Translations under genes and position numbers: made by a program | Shown: in pieces, positions 21,186 to 31,947 of the stretch | Layout: each line of letters opens with the position of its first letter | How positions within the stretch are numbered: position 1 is the first letter of the stretch | From: Anaeromyxobacteraceae bacterium | GTDB taxonomy: Bacteria; Myxococcota; Myxococcia; Myxococcales; Anaeromyxobacteraceae | Length of the DNA: 64,000 bases | Assembly: GCA_047602405.1 (NCBI GenBank) | Contig: JASGHJ010000001.1 | Span: 1 to 64,000, forward strand | Direction: 5' to 3' | Notes under the pieces: generated by a model | The model's input: the letters and a program-made list of their open reading frames with translations, nothing else | Databases searched by the model: none | What the model was told of the DNA's origin: nothing

Positions 21186-24092
21186 ATGGCCTCGATCGTC
21201 GAGAAGTACGAGCAGATCTTCGCGTCGGATCCGAAGTCCCGGATCTTCGTGGAGCTCGCCCGCGCCCTGCTCGAGCGCGGCGACGCGGCGCGCGCGATCG
21301 ACGTGTGCCAGCGGGGGCTCGAGCACCACCCGTCCTCGATCCTGGGCCGCGTCATCTGGGGGCGGGCGCTCCTCGAGTCGAACGACCGGAAGGGCGCGCT
21401 CGATCAGTTCGAATCTCCATCGCGCTCGACCCCGGCAGCCCGTACGCCTACAACCTCGTCGGCGAGGCGCTCCTCGCGAAGAACATGGCGAAGGAGGCGC
21501 TCCCGGTGCTCGCCCGCGCCGCGGAGCTGCAGCCGGCCGACGACCGGGTGCGCGCCTGGTACGAGGAGGCGAAGCGCCGGGTGCGGGGCGACGGCCAGCC
21601 GCCCGCGCGCCCGAAGGGCTCGGAGGAGCACACCGAGCCGTACCGGCCGCTCCCCTTTCGCGCGCTGACCCCGGCGCCCATCCTCGAGGACGACCCGTTC
21701 GTCGAGGCGGCGGCCGCCGGGACCCGGCCTCCGCCCGCCCCGCTCATGCCGCCGCTCGACGGCGATCCGTCGCGGACCCGGCCGACCCCGGCGGTCGTGA
21801 TCCCGCCCGCGCTCACGCCGCCGGTCGCGGCGGGGCCATCCCGCCCGCCGCCTCCGCTGGCCGGCCGCACGACCCCGTCGCCCGCGCCTCCGCCGGCCCC
21901 GGCCGCGCCGCCGGCCGCCGGACCGTTCGACCTCGAGGACGACGCGACGACCGAGGTCGACCTCGTGCTCCGGCCGCCCGGGAGCCCGGAGCCGGGCCCG
22001 GCGCCAGCCCCGGCCGCGCCGCCTCCGCTCCCGCCCGGGAAGTCGATCCTCGACCTCATCCCCGAGAACGCCGCCGCGCCCATCCGGCGGATGACCGGCA
22101 TCCACAAGCCGCCGCAGCTGCCCGGCGAGCGCGAGCAGCGCGAGGCCGAGGCCGAGCAGAATCGCCGCGAGCTACGGCGAGGAGGTCCGGCAGAAGCTGC
22201 TCGCGACCGCGGCGCCGCAGGCGGCGGCGGGCCGCGGCCGGCTCGTGCTCGGGGCGGTCATCGTCCTCGCGGTGCTCGCGGCGGCGGGGGTGTTCCTGGC
22301 CGTGCGCTCCGCGCGCTCCGCCGAGCTCGCCCGCACCGCGCTCACCCGCGCCCGCGCCGGCCTCGCCCGCGACACCGCCGGCTCCCTCCGCGAGGCGGCC
22401 ACCCTCCTCGCCGAGGCCCGGGGGCAGAAGCCCGACGACCCCGGCCTCGCCTCCCTGCAGGCCCAGGTCGCGGGGCTCCTCGCCTCCGACCACGGCAATC
22501 CGTCCGCGGCGACGCTCGCCCGGGAGCTCGTCGAGGCGGGCACCGCCGGCGAGGGCGGCGTCGCCGCCCGGCTGCTCGTCGCGCCGCCGGGCAGCCCGGA
22601 GCGGAAGGCGGCCGAGGCGGCCGTGCTCGACGCCCGGCCCTCCGGCCCGCCGCTCCTCACCACGCTCGCCGGCGAGCTCCTCGTCGCGCGCGGCGAGGTG
22701 GACGCGGGCCGCGGGCGGCTCGGAATCGCGGCGCGCTCGTCGCCCCCGATGCTGCGGGCGCTCGCCGCGCTCGGGGACTCCGCGCTCGCGGCGGGGGACG
22801 CCGAGGGCGCGCTCGACTTCTACGCGCCGGCGCTCGCCGCGCACCGGACCCACCCGCGCTCGGTGGTGGGCGCGGCGGAGGCGCGCCTCGCCCTCGGCCG
22901 CGACCTCGTGAGGGCGCGCGAGGACCTCGAGGCGCTCGAGGCCGATCCCGCGAGCCCGCCGCCCGCCTCGCTGAAGCTCCGGTTCGCGACCGCGTTCGCG
23001 AAGGTGCTCGCCGGGCTCGGCGACGTCGCCGGCGCGGTCACCCGGCTCAAGACCGCGACGCAGGCGCTCGGCGACTCGGCCCCGCTCGCCGCCGCGCTCG
23101 CCGAGGTCCAGCTCTCGGCCCGCGCCTGGGACGGCGCCGAGGCCGCCGCGTTGCGCGCCGTCGCGCTCGCGCCGAAGGACCTCGGTCCGCGGGTGCTGCT
23201 CGCGCGCGCCCTCACCGGCCGCGGGAAGCCGCAGGACGCCCTGAAGGCGCTCGGCGGCCGCGAGGAGCGCGCCGCCCGCGTGCAGCGCGCCCTCGCCCTC
23301 GAGCGGATGGGCCGCTTCGCGGAAGCCCGCGCCGAGCTCGAGAAGACCGTGCGGGACGGGCGCATGCCGTCCGACGCCGCGGTGCTCTACGCCCTCGCCG
23401 ACGTGGCCCTCGGCCGCGCCGACCGGGCCCGGCCGCTCCTCGAGCGGCTCGCCGGCGCCGCCGCGCCGCCGCCGCTCGCCGCGGTCGCGCTCGGCAAGGC
23501 CTGCGAGGCGCTCGCCGACGCCGCCTGCGCCGAGAAGGCCTACCGCGACGCCGTGGCGCGGGAGCCGCGCGCGCCGGAGGGGCACGCCGCGCTCGGCCGC
23601 CTGCTCGCGGCGCGGGGCGACGGCGCCGCCGCGGTCGCCGCGCTCTCCGAGGCGGTGAAGCTCGACCCCTCCGACCTCGACGCCCGCCGCGACCTCGGCC
23701 AGGCCCGCCTGCTCGGCGGCCAGCCCGCCGCGGCGCGCGCCGACCTCGACGCGGTGCTCCTCGCCCAGCCGAAGGACGCCGCCGCGCTCACGCTCGTCTC
23801 CGCGGCGTGGCTCGCCGAGGGCGAGGCGACCGAGGCCCGCCGCGCGGCGGACCGCGCGGTCGCCGCGGCGCCGAAGGATCCCGGCGCGCTCCTCGCCGGG
23901 GCCCGGGCCGCGCTCGCGGCCGGGGACCCCGCCGGTGCCCGCGGCCTCGCGCTGCGCGCGCAGCGGGCGGGCGCGAAGGCGGAGGACGTGCAGAAGGTGC
24001 TCGCGGAGGCCGGCGGGGCGCCGAAGGCCGCGGGCAAGGCGCCCGCGCCGGTGAAGGCGGCGGCGAAGCCGGCGGCGCGGAAGAAGAAGTAG
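21186..24092 (+). CDS. Large membrane-anchored TPR protein (~970 aa; indels near 21412 and 22160)
   Basis: Combining both arms gives one continuous protein MASIVEKYEQ...KPAARKKK. Confidence 0.87.
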
Positions 24093-24098
24093 GCGTCC

Positions 24099-24800
24099 TC
24101 ACCTCCTCCACCGCCCCGCCTCCACGAACGAGAAGTACCCGCCGGAGGCCACGATCACGTGGTCGCGCGCGACGACGCCGACGAGCTCGGCGGCGGCGCG
24201 GAGGCGCTCGGTGAGGTCGACGTCCTCGGACGAGGGCGAGGGATCGCCGGAAGGGTGGTTGTGCACGAAGATCACGCCGTGCGCCCCCTCCCGCACCGCG
24301 GGGCGGAGCGCGTCGCGCGGCGAGACCGGGCACTGCGTGAGCGAACCCTCCGCGACCTGCACCGCGCGCATGAGCCGGCCCCGGACGTCGAGGAGCACCA
24401 CGTGGAACGCCTCGCGCTCGGCGTGCGCGGCGTGGCGCATGAGCTCGTGGACGCGGCGCGGGTCGAGGCAGCGGTCGCCGCGGTGCGGGGGCGACCACGC
24501 GCCCCGGCGGCCGAGCTCGAAGGCCGCGGCCACGGCGGCGGCGCGGGCGGGGCCGAAGCCGGGCAAGGCGGCGATGAGGTCGGGCGGGGCCCAGGCGAGC
24601 TCGGCCAGGGACAGCCGCTCGAGCACGGCGAGGGCGGCGGCGCGCGCGGAGCGGCCGGCGGAGCCGGTGCCGAGCACGAGCGCGAGAAGGTCCGCGTCGG
24701 AGAGGACGCGGGGCCCGTCGGAGAGGACGCGCTCGCGGGGGCGGTCGGTGGGGGCGGAGCTGCCGGAGGTCGCGTCGCCGGGGGCGTGGGGTTCGGTCAC
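24099..24800 (-). CDS. radC: RadC-family JAB-domain protein, full length
   Basis: RPRER, LSDADLL, E..HVVLLD, HNHPSGDPSPSSED, DHVIV. Confidence 0.95.
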   Translation of the reverse strand: MTEPHAPGDATSGSSAPTDRPRERVLSDGPRVLSDADLLALVLGTGSAGRSARAAALAVLERLSLAELAWAPPDLIAALPGFGPARAAAVAAAFELGRRGAWSPPHRGDRCLDPRRVHELMRHAAHAEREAFHVVLLDVRGRLMRAVQVAEGSLTQCPVSPRDALRPAVREGAHGVIFVHNHPSGDPSPSSEDVDLTERLRAAAELVGVVARDHVIVASGGYFSFVEAGRWRR

Positions 24801-24919
24801 GCCCCGGGACGAGAGCAAGCCCCGGGCCGCGCGCAGGTGCCCGAAACGACGAGGCCCGGACGCCCGGCGCGGTCTGCCGCGCGGACGCCCGGGCCGAACT
24901 GCGGACCCCCGGGGCGGGG

Positions 24920-25531
24920 CTACTTCTTCCCGGCGGCCGGGGTCGCGGCGGCGTCGGCCTTCACGAGCTCGGCCTCGAGCTCGATCTTCACGTCATCGGC
25001 GACGACCGCGACGCCCTCGACCATGTTGGACCAGTTCACGCCCCAGTCCTTGCGGTTGATGGTGGCGGTGGCCTCGACGCCGCGGAGCTCCTTGCCGGCC
25101 CAGTTCTTCACCGGCGCGCCGGGGCCGGTGACGTCGAGGACGACCGGCTTCGTGACGCCCTTCATGGTGAGGTCGCCCGTGACCTTGAGCTTGCCCTCGC
25201 CGGCCTTCTCGACCTTCGTGGACTTGAAGGTGATGGTCGGGTACTTCGCGACGTCGAAGAAGTCCGGCGACTTGAGGTGGCCGTCGCGCTTGTCGATGCG
25301 GGTGTTGACGGAGGCGGTCTCGATGGTGGCCTCGACCGAGGACTTCGTGACGTCCTTCTCGTCGAGCACGAGCTTGCCGGTCATCTTCTGGAACTCGCCG
25401 CGCACGTTCGAGATGCCCATGTGCCGGACGGTGAACGAGGCGTGGCTGTGGGCGGGATCGAAGTCCCAGGTCGACTGCGCGAAGGAGAACGCCGGGAGGG
25501 CGAGGACTGCGGCGAGGACGAGCTTCTTCAT
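24920..25531 (-). CDS. Secreted YceI-family lipid/polyisoprenoid-binding protein
   Basis: Signal peptide; DPAHS, VRHMG..VRGEF, RDGHLKSPDFFD, GDLTMKGVTK. Confidence 0.95.
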   Translation of the reverse strand: MKKLVLAAVLALPAFSFAQSTWDFDPAHSHASFTVRHMGISNVRGEFQKMTGKLVLDEKDVTKSSVEATIETASVNTRIDKRDGHLKSPDFFDVAKYPTITFKSTKVEKAGEGKLKVTGDLTMKGVTKPVVLDVTGPGAPVKNWAGKELRGVEATATINRKDWGVNWSNMVEGVAVVADDVKIELEAELVKADAAATPAAGKK

Positions 25532-25890
25532 GATGTGGCTCCTTTTCTGCTGCGGGGGGACGGGCGGGCGGCGGCCCGCCTCGGGCGCCCCCCGCTTCCT
25601 GCGAACGCCGCCGCGACGGCCTTGCCGTGCGCGGCGAGGGCGCCCTTGAGGGCGCGGTAGTGGTGGTACGGCCCCTCGACCCGCACCGACACGAGGCCGG
25701 CCTCGGCGAGGACCTTGAGGTGGTGGGAGATCGTCGCCTGGGCGAGCTGGAAGAGCTCGGTCAGCTCCTGGCAGCTCACCTCGCCGCGCGCCGCGATCGA
25801 CCGGAGGATGCGGTAGCGGGTGGGATCGCCGAGCGCGCGCGCGACGCGCACGACGGGATCGGTGAGGGGGCTCGAGGAGGCGGGGGCCAT
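25528..25890 (-). CDS. ArsR/SmtB-family transcriptional regulator
   Basis: RALGDPTRYRIL...QATISHHLKVLAEAGLV; ATGA overlap with the yceI-like gene. Confidence 0.93.
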   Translation of the reverse strand: MAPASSSPLTDPVVRVARALGDPTRYRILRSIAARGEVSCQELTELFQLAQATISHHLKVLAEAGLVSVRVEGPYHHYRALKGALAAHGKAVAAAFAGSGGRPRRAAARPSPRSRKGATS

Positions 25891-25907
25891 GGAGCGCGCG
25901 GCGCCGT

Positions 25908-25937
25908 ATCGACATGCGTCGATTCGACAACCGTCGA
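25908..25937. promoter_or_regulatory. Tandem inverted repeats, likely ArsR operator (mirror at about 372-402)
   Basis: ATCGAC-ATGC-GTCGAT (25908-25923) then TCGAC-AACC-GTCGA (25924-25937), just upstream of the ArsR start. Confidence 0.65.
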
Positions 25938-26002
25938 TTTAAGAGCCCCACCCCGCGCGTCAAGGCGGCGGGACAGCCCCGGTTGGGGTCTCTTTCGACT
26001 TC

Positions 26003-26056
26003 CCGCTCATGCTGAGCGTAGGCGCCTGCGCAGCAGGAGCCGGAGTCGAAGCACGC
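26003..26056 (+). repeat. REP-like palindromic element, long type
   Basis: CCGCTCATGCTGAGCGTAGGCGCCTGC-GCA-GCAGGAGCCGGAGTCGAAGCACGC. Confidence 0.75.
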
Positions 26057-26072
26057 TCGAGACGAGCGGTCT

Positions 26073-26585
26073 TCAGAACCGCGCGCCGAGGCCGGCCGTG
26101 AGGCGGACGAGGCCGTTCTGCTCGAAGGTGATCTCGCCGGTCACGAAGAGCGGATCGATGTTGAGATGCACGCCCAGGCCGAGCTGGACCCAGCTCTTCC
26201 ACTTGTCGGTGTGCGCCGCGCCGATGCCGAGGTCGAGCGTGCCCTCGAGCCCGCGGTACGTCTCGAAGCGCTGGCCGAGGCGCACGAGGTACATCCGGTT
26301 CCACTGCGACTTCTCGCCGGGCGCGGGCTTGCCGTCGAGGTCCTTGTAGGCGTAGCCCGCGAGCGAGAGATCGATGGGCTCGAACGACCACCCGATCTCC
26401 CCGCCGTAGACCGGGTGCGCGCCGCCGCCGTTCGGCCCCACCGCCTCGCCGCCGCGGACGGCCAGGAACAGGCCGGTGTCGTCGCCGCCGTGCCCGTGGT
26501 CGTCCTCCTCGTACGGATCCGACTGGCCGGCGGTGTTGCCTGCGGACAGCGCGAGCGAGAGCGCGACCAGGGCGGGCAGGAGCAT
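26073..26585 (-). CDS. Putative small outer-membrane beta-barrel protein
   Basis: Signal peptide, alternating beta-strand pattern, C-terminal Phe. Confidence 0.7.
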   Translation of the reverse strand: MLLPALVALSLALSAGNTAGQSDPYEEDDHGHGGDDTGLFLAVRGGEAVGPNGGGAHPVYGGEIGWSFEPIDLSLAGYAYKDLDGKPAPGEKSQWNRMYLVRLGQRFETYRGLEGTLDLGIGAAHTDKWKSWVQLGLGVHLNIDPLFVTGEITFEQNGLVRLTAGLGARF

Positions 26586-26708
26586 GCAGCCATTGTAGGC
26601 GGGCGGGCGGCCGGCCGCCGCTCCCCTGCAGCGACCCGGCCTCCCGCCCGGGCGAGGCGCGTGCCGCCCCGCGGCCACGCGCCGCGTCGCCCCCGCGCGG
26701 GAGCGCGC

Positions 26709-27089
26709 TCAGAGGTTCTGGTGGATGCAGAGCGTGTTGCCCTCGGGGTCGAGGAACCAGGCCGCCTTCTCGGAGCCGAGCACGCAGACCGCGTTCACGG
26801 TGCGCAGGCCGGGCAGGTCGTAGTCCTGGAACTCGACGCCGCGCGCGCGCAGCGCGGTCACCTCCCGCTCCACGTCCGGCACCTCGAAGCTCACCGCAGT
26901 GTGCTCCGCGCGGGTCGGCGCGCCGCGCGGGAACAGGGCGAGGAGCCCGCCGCCCGCGAGCCGGTAGAGGAACTTGCCGTCGGGGCGGGCGCCCTCCGGT
27001 ACGAGCCCGAGCTTCTCCTCGTAGAACGCGCGTGCCCGCGCGAGGTCCACCACCGGCAGCATGGTGGTCATGCGGCTCTGTCCGAGCAT
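26709..27089 (-). CDS. VOC/glyoxalase-family protein
   Basis: LPVVDLARARAFYEEKLGL, SFEVPDV, AAWFLDPEGN; GGAGG RBS. Confidence 0.93.
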   Translation of the reverse strand: MLGQSRMTTMLPVVDLARARAFYEEKLGLVPEGARPDGKFLYRLAGGGLLALFPRGAPTRAEHTAVSFEVPDVEREVTALRARGVEFQDYDLPGLRTVNAVCVLGSEKAAWFLDPEGNTLCIHQNL

Positions 27090-27175
27090 GATCGCCTCCA
27101 CCCTCCCCGCGGCGATTCCACGCGCGACGACGGGGCGCGCCCGGCCATCTCGGGCGGTCCCGGGCGGGGCGCTCC

Positions 27176-28024
27176 TCAGCGCTCCTTCTTCCGGCGCCGG
27201 TTCGCCTCCGCCTCGTCGAGCAGTCGGGGCGTCTCGGGCCGGACCCCGGTGAGGTGCTGCACCGCGGCGCCCGCGGCGGCGAGGCCGAACGCGGCGGTCA
27301 CGAAGGCGATCGAGCCGTACGCCTTCGGCTCGCGGCGCCGCTCGCCCGGGAGCCGCTGCCGCGCGCCGGGGATGCCGTCCTCCTCGTCGCCGGGCAGCGC
27401 GAGCGAGTCGCGCGGCGGCTCGATCGACCAGACCGCGAGGACGCCGGTGGGCGCGGTGGCGGAGAGCCCGTGGCGGGTGCGCAGGTACTTGCGCACGTCC
27501 TTCGCGAGCGGGTCGGTGTGCGACGCGGAGAGGTCGGTCACCTGGATGGCGGTCGGGTCGAGCCGGCGCGCGGCGCCGAGCGCGGTCACGATCGCGAGCC
27601 GGAGCGCGACGCAGCGGTCGATGACGTGCAGCTTCGCGACGACCGTGTCCATCGCGTCGACGACGAGGTCGACGCCTTCGGGCGGCACGAGCGCCCCGGC
27701 GTTCTCCTCGCCGTAGAACGCCGTCACCGCGTCGACCCGCGCCGCCGGCGCGATGCGGCGCAGGCGCTCGGCGAGGACCTCGGCCTTCATCCGCCCGAGC
27801 TCGCCGTCGAGCGCCTGGAGCTGGCGGTTGACGTTGGTCTCGTCGATGCGCTCGCCGTCGACGAGCGTGAGCCGGCCCACGCCGGCGCGGCAGAGCGCCT
27901 CCGCCGCGAAGGAGCCCACGCCGCCGAGGCCCAGCACGACGACGTGCGCGCGCCCGAGGCGCGCCTGGGCGTCGACGCCGAGGAGGCGCGCGTTGCGGTC
28001 GAGGCGGGGCGGGACGCGGGTCAT
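27176..28024 (-). CDS. tcdA: tRNA threonylcarbamoyladenosine dehydratase (ThiF/E1-like)
   Basis: GLGGVGS, TNVNRQ, VDAMD, GAARRLDPT, DPLAK, GSIAFV..FG. Confidence 0.88.
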   Translation of the reverse strand: MTRVPPRLDRNARLLGVDAQARLGRAHVVVLGLGGVGSFAAEALCRAGVGRLTLVDGERIDETNVNRQLQALDGELGRMKAEVLAERLRRIAPAARVDAVTAFYGEENAGALVPPEGVDLVVDAMDTVVAKLHVIDRCVALRLAIVTALGAARRLDPTAIQVTDLSASHTDPLAKDVRKYLRTRHGLSATAPTGVLAVWSIEPPRDSLALPGDEEDGIPGARQRLPGERRREPKAYGSIAFVTAAFGLAAAGAAVQHLTGVRPETPRLLDEAEANRRRKKER

Positions 28025-28028
28025 GAGT

Positions 28029-28055
28029 GCCCTTCGACGCGCTCAGGGCGAGCGG
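28029..28055 (-). repeat. REP-like element, short type, overlapping the TatD stop
   Basis: Minus strand CCGCTCGCCCTGAGCGCGTCGAAGGGC. Confidence 0.65.
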
Positions 28056-28843
28056 GAGTCCGTGAGGCGGAACAGTGCGCGCGCGTTCGCCGTCGTCGCG
28101 GCCTCGACCTCCTCCGGCGCGACGCCGAGCGCGCGGGCGACGCCGTCGCGCACGAGCGCCACGTACGCGGGCTCGTTGCGGCCCCGGTGCGGGCGCGGGC
28201 ACTGGTCGGGCGCGTCGGTCTCGAGGAGCAGCCGGTCGCGCGGGATGGCGCGCGCGGCCTCGAGCGGCCGGCGCGCCCTCTCGTAGGTGACCGGGCCCGC
28301 GAGCGCGAGGTGGAGGCCGAGCGCGACGAACGGGGCGACCTGGTCCGCGGAGCCGGAGAAGCTGTGGAAGACGCCGCCCGCCGGGAGGCCGGTGCGCTCG
28401 AGCAGGGCGCGCAGCGGGTCGAGCGCGCGCAGCCCGTGGAGGAGCACCGGGAGGCCGTGCCGCGCGGCGAGCGCGAGCTGGGCCTCGAGCACCCGCACCT
28501 GCCGGTCCATCGGCGCGCCGCCCGAGGTGACCGCCTCGCCGTCGAGGCCGCACTCGCCCACCGCGACCGCGCCGCCGCGGGCGAGCGCCGCCTCGAGCGC
28601 GGCGAGGTGGCGGTCGTCGTCCGCCGGATCGAGCTCCGGGAGGAGCTGGGGGTGGATGCCGAGGGCGTGGTGCAGCCGCACCCCGCCGCCGCCGGCCCCG
28701 AGCGCGAGCTGGGCCGCCCAGGTGTGCGGGCCGATGGCGGGGATCACGACGTCGGTGACGCCCGCCGCCGCCGCGCGGAGGAGCACCTCGGCGCGGTCGG
28801 CGTCGAAGGCGGGGCGGTCGAGGTGGCAGTGGGTGTCGATCAC
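28043..28843 (-). CDS. TatD-family hydrolase
   Basis: IDTHCHLD, GIHP, VGECGLD, HSFSG, LETDAP, RNEP. Confidence 0.94.
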   Translation of the reverse strand: MIDTHCHLDRPAFDADRAEVLLRAAAAGVTDVVIPAIGPHTWAAQLALGAGGGGVRLHHALGIHPQLLPELDPADDDRHLAALEAALARGGAVAVGECGLDGEAVTSGGAPMDRQVRVLEAQLALAARHGLPVLLHGLRALDPLRALLERTGLPAGGVFHSFSGSADQVAPFVALGLHLALAGPVTYERARRPLEAARAIPRDRLLLETDAPDQCPRPHRGRNEPAYVALVRDGVARALGVAPEEVEAATTANARALFRLTDSRSP

Positions 28844-29916
28844 CGCGCGAGGAAGGCGGCGTACGCCTCGAAGCAGCGGGCGAGGGCCGCCGTCTCGATC
28901 CACTCGCCCTGCTGGTGCGCCTGCGCCGTCGCGCCGGGCCCGAGGTTCGCGGCCGGGATGCCGTGCGCGGCGAGCCGGGCGACGTCGGTCCAGGCCTGCT
29001 TCGCCGACTCGCTGAGCCGCCCGCGCTCGGCGAGCCGCCGCACGAGCGGGTGGTCCGCGAAGGCGGGGCACGCCGGCGAGCGGTCGGTGACCTCGATCCG
29101 GGCGCCGTGCTCGGCGGCGAGCGCGCGGAGCTCCGCCTCGGCGTCCTCGACGGTGCGGTCCGGCGCGAAGCGGAAGTTGAGGTTGAGCGCGCAGCGGTCC
29201 GGCACCACGTTCCGCGCGCGGCCGCCCTCGATGCGGGTGCAGGAGAGCACCTCGCGGTAGAGGAGCCCGCCGGAGACGACGTCGCGCGGCGTGCGCGCGT
29301 GCAGCGCCGCGAGGAGCCCGCCCGCGCGGTGCACGGCGTTCTCGCCCTGCCACGGCCGGGCGGAGTGCGCCGCGCGCCCCTCGAACGTGAAGGTCGCGTG
29401 CATGGAGCCGACGCAGCCGAGCTGGAGGCCGTTGTCGGTCGGCTCGAGGCAGAGCGCGAGGTCGAGGCCGGAGAGGAGCCCGGGGCGAAGGAGCAGGTCG
29501 CCGAGCTCGTTCTCGGCGTAGGGCCCCTCCTCGCGCGCGTAGAACACGAGCACGAGGTCGCAGAAGCGCCGGTCGCGGGGGAGCTCCTCGGCGAGCGCCA
29601 TCATCACCGCGAGCCCGCCCTTCATGTCGGACGCGCCCGGGGCGACGAGCCGGCCGCCGTCTCGGCGCGGTGGGCCGAGGTCGGCCTCGTGCACCGGCAC
29701 GGTGTCGAGGTGGCCGCAGAGGGCGATGGTGGGACCCCGCCCGCCCGGCGGCCCATCGACCCGCACCACGAGCGAGTCGCCCACCCGGGTGACGAGCGGG
29801 AACCGCGCGCGCGCCCAGGCCTCGACCTCCCCGCAGAGCGCGGCCTCGCTGCCGATGACCGACATCGTCCGGCAGAGCGCCTCGGTGCGCGCGGCGAGCT
29901 CGAGCTCGGTGGCCAC
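28840..29916 (-). CDS. dapE: Succinyl-diaminopimelate desuccinylase (M20)
   Basis: GHLDTVP, GASDMKGG, REEG, EPT, AHSARPW, WTDVAR, AHQ; follows dapD. Confidence 0.9.
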   Translation of the reverse strand: MATELELAARTEALCRTMSVIGSEAALCGEVEAWARARFPLVTRVGDSLVVRVDGPPGGRGPTIALCGHLDTVPVHEADLGPPRRDGGRLVAPGASDMKGGLAVMMALAEELPRDRRFCDLVLVFYAREEGPYAENELGDLLLRPGLLSGLDLALCLEPTDNGLQLGCVGSMHATFTFEGRAAHSARPWQGENAVHRAGGLLAALHARTPRDVVSGGLLYREVLSCTRIEGGRARNVVPDRCALNLNFRFAPDRTVEDAEAELRALAAEHGARIEVTDRSPACPAFADHPLVRRLAERGRLSESAKQAWTDVARLAAHGIPAANLGPGATAQAHQQGEWIETAALARCFEAYAAFLAR

Positions 29917-29921
29917 GGCCT

Positions 29922-30742
<821 letters not shown>

Positions 30743-30746
<4 letters not shown>

Positions 30747-31897
30747 CTCACCCTCTCCCAGGCCCGGACGGCCTCCTCGCACTGCGGCAGCGTCGGCACG
30801 AGCGCGACGCGCACCCAGCCCGCGCCGGCCGGCCCGAAGGACGCGCCCGGCGCCACGACGATGCCCGCCTCCAGCAGCCGGAGCGCGTACGCCCCGTCGT
30901 CGCCGTCTCCCGGCACCTTCACCCACAGGTAGATCGTCGACGCGCTCGGGGCGACCTCGAGGCCGTGGTCGCGGAAGAACGCGAGGAACACGTCGCGCTT
31001 GGCGCGGAAGATCGCGCTCCGCTCGGCCGGGTGGGCGTCGTCGGCCCAGGCGAGCGCCGCGGCCGCGGCGACGGGCTCCGCCGAGGCGCAGCCCGGGTGG
31101 GCGCGCAGCTGGCGCAGCGCCGCCACGAGGTCCGGGTCGCCCGCCATGAAGCCCGAGCGGTAGCCGGTCATGCCGCTCCGCTTCGAGCACGAGTACACGG
31201 CGACGACGTTCTCGACCTGCACCTCGAGCATCGAGGGCGGCCGCTCCGCGCCGAAGGAGATGTCCGTGTAGACCTCGTCGGAACCGACGATGAAGCCGTA
31301 CTTCTTCGCGGCCTCGCCGAGCCGGCGATAGTACGCGCGGTCCGCCTCGGCGCCGGTCGGGTTGTGCGGGTAGTTGACCCACAGGACGAGCGTCCGCGCG
31401 AGGACGTCCTCGCCGAGGTCCTCCGGCTCGAGCAGGAACCTCCGCTCCGGGCGGAGCGGCGCGCGCACCACCTCGAGCCCCGCGAGCCGCGCGCCCGCCT
31501 CGTAGCTCGGGTAGGCGGGATCCGGGATGACCACCTTCGTCTTGCCCGGCGCGCCCGCGAACGCGAGCGGCAGGTGGAAGATCGCCTCCTTGGCGCCCGC
31601 GCAGGCGAGGACCTGGGCCTCGGGGTCCACCCGGACGCCGAACCGCCGCTCGAGGTAGCCCGCGGCGGCCGCGCGGAGCGCGGGGGTGCCGTAGGGGCTC
31701 GGGTACTGGGAGACCGCGCCGGCCGCGGCGACGAAGGCCTCGCGGAGGAAGGCCGGGGTGGGCTCCCGCGGGTCGCCGACCCCGAGGTCGACGAGGTGGC
31801 GCCCCTCGCGCAGGAGCGCCCGCTTCCGGTCGTCGAGGGCCACCATGAGGCCCCTCGGGATCGCGGCGAGGGCCGGGTTCTTCGGCGGATGCTGCAC
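30743..31897 (-). CDS. dapC: Class I/II aminotransferase, likely succinyldiaminopimelate transaminase
   Basis: NYPHNPTG, SDEVY, SCSKRSGMTGYRSG; operon with dapD and dapE. Confidence 0.85.
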
Positions 31898-31947
31898 GCG
31901 GCGAACCTATCGTGTTCGCGGCCGGGGTGCACTATAAGGCCTCTCAA

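Larger units (their letters stand above)
1..26305. repeat. Giant inverted repeat (two ~13.15 kb arms, no spacer, centre 13152/13153); probable fold-back assembly artefact
   Basis: GGGCGTCCTCGG|CCGAGGACGCCC at 13141-13164 is self-complementary. The reverse complement of bases 1-25 is at 26281-26305. ORFs are mirrored, e.g. 9977..11380(-) = 14932..16335(+). Confidence 0.98.

Noticed and set aside
20444..24214. Very long Arg/Pro/Gly-rich ORFs (also 55458-59495, 31168-34290, 8382-11117)
   Set aside because: Shadow frames of real genes in very GC-rich DNA. Only the embedded in-frame segments were kept.
24099..24800. radC plus ssb as a sign of an integrated mobile element
   Set aside because: Full-length chromosomal-type RadC and a canonical SSB, with no integrase, relaxase or composition shift.
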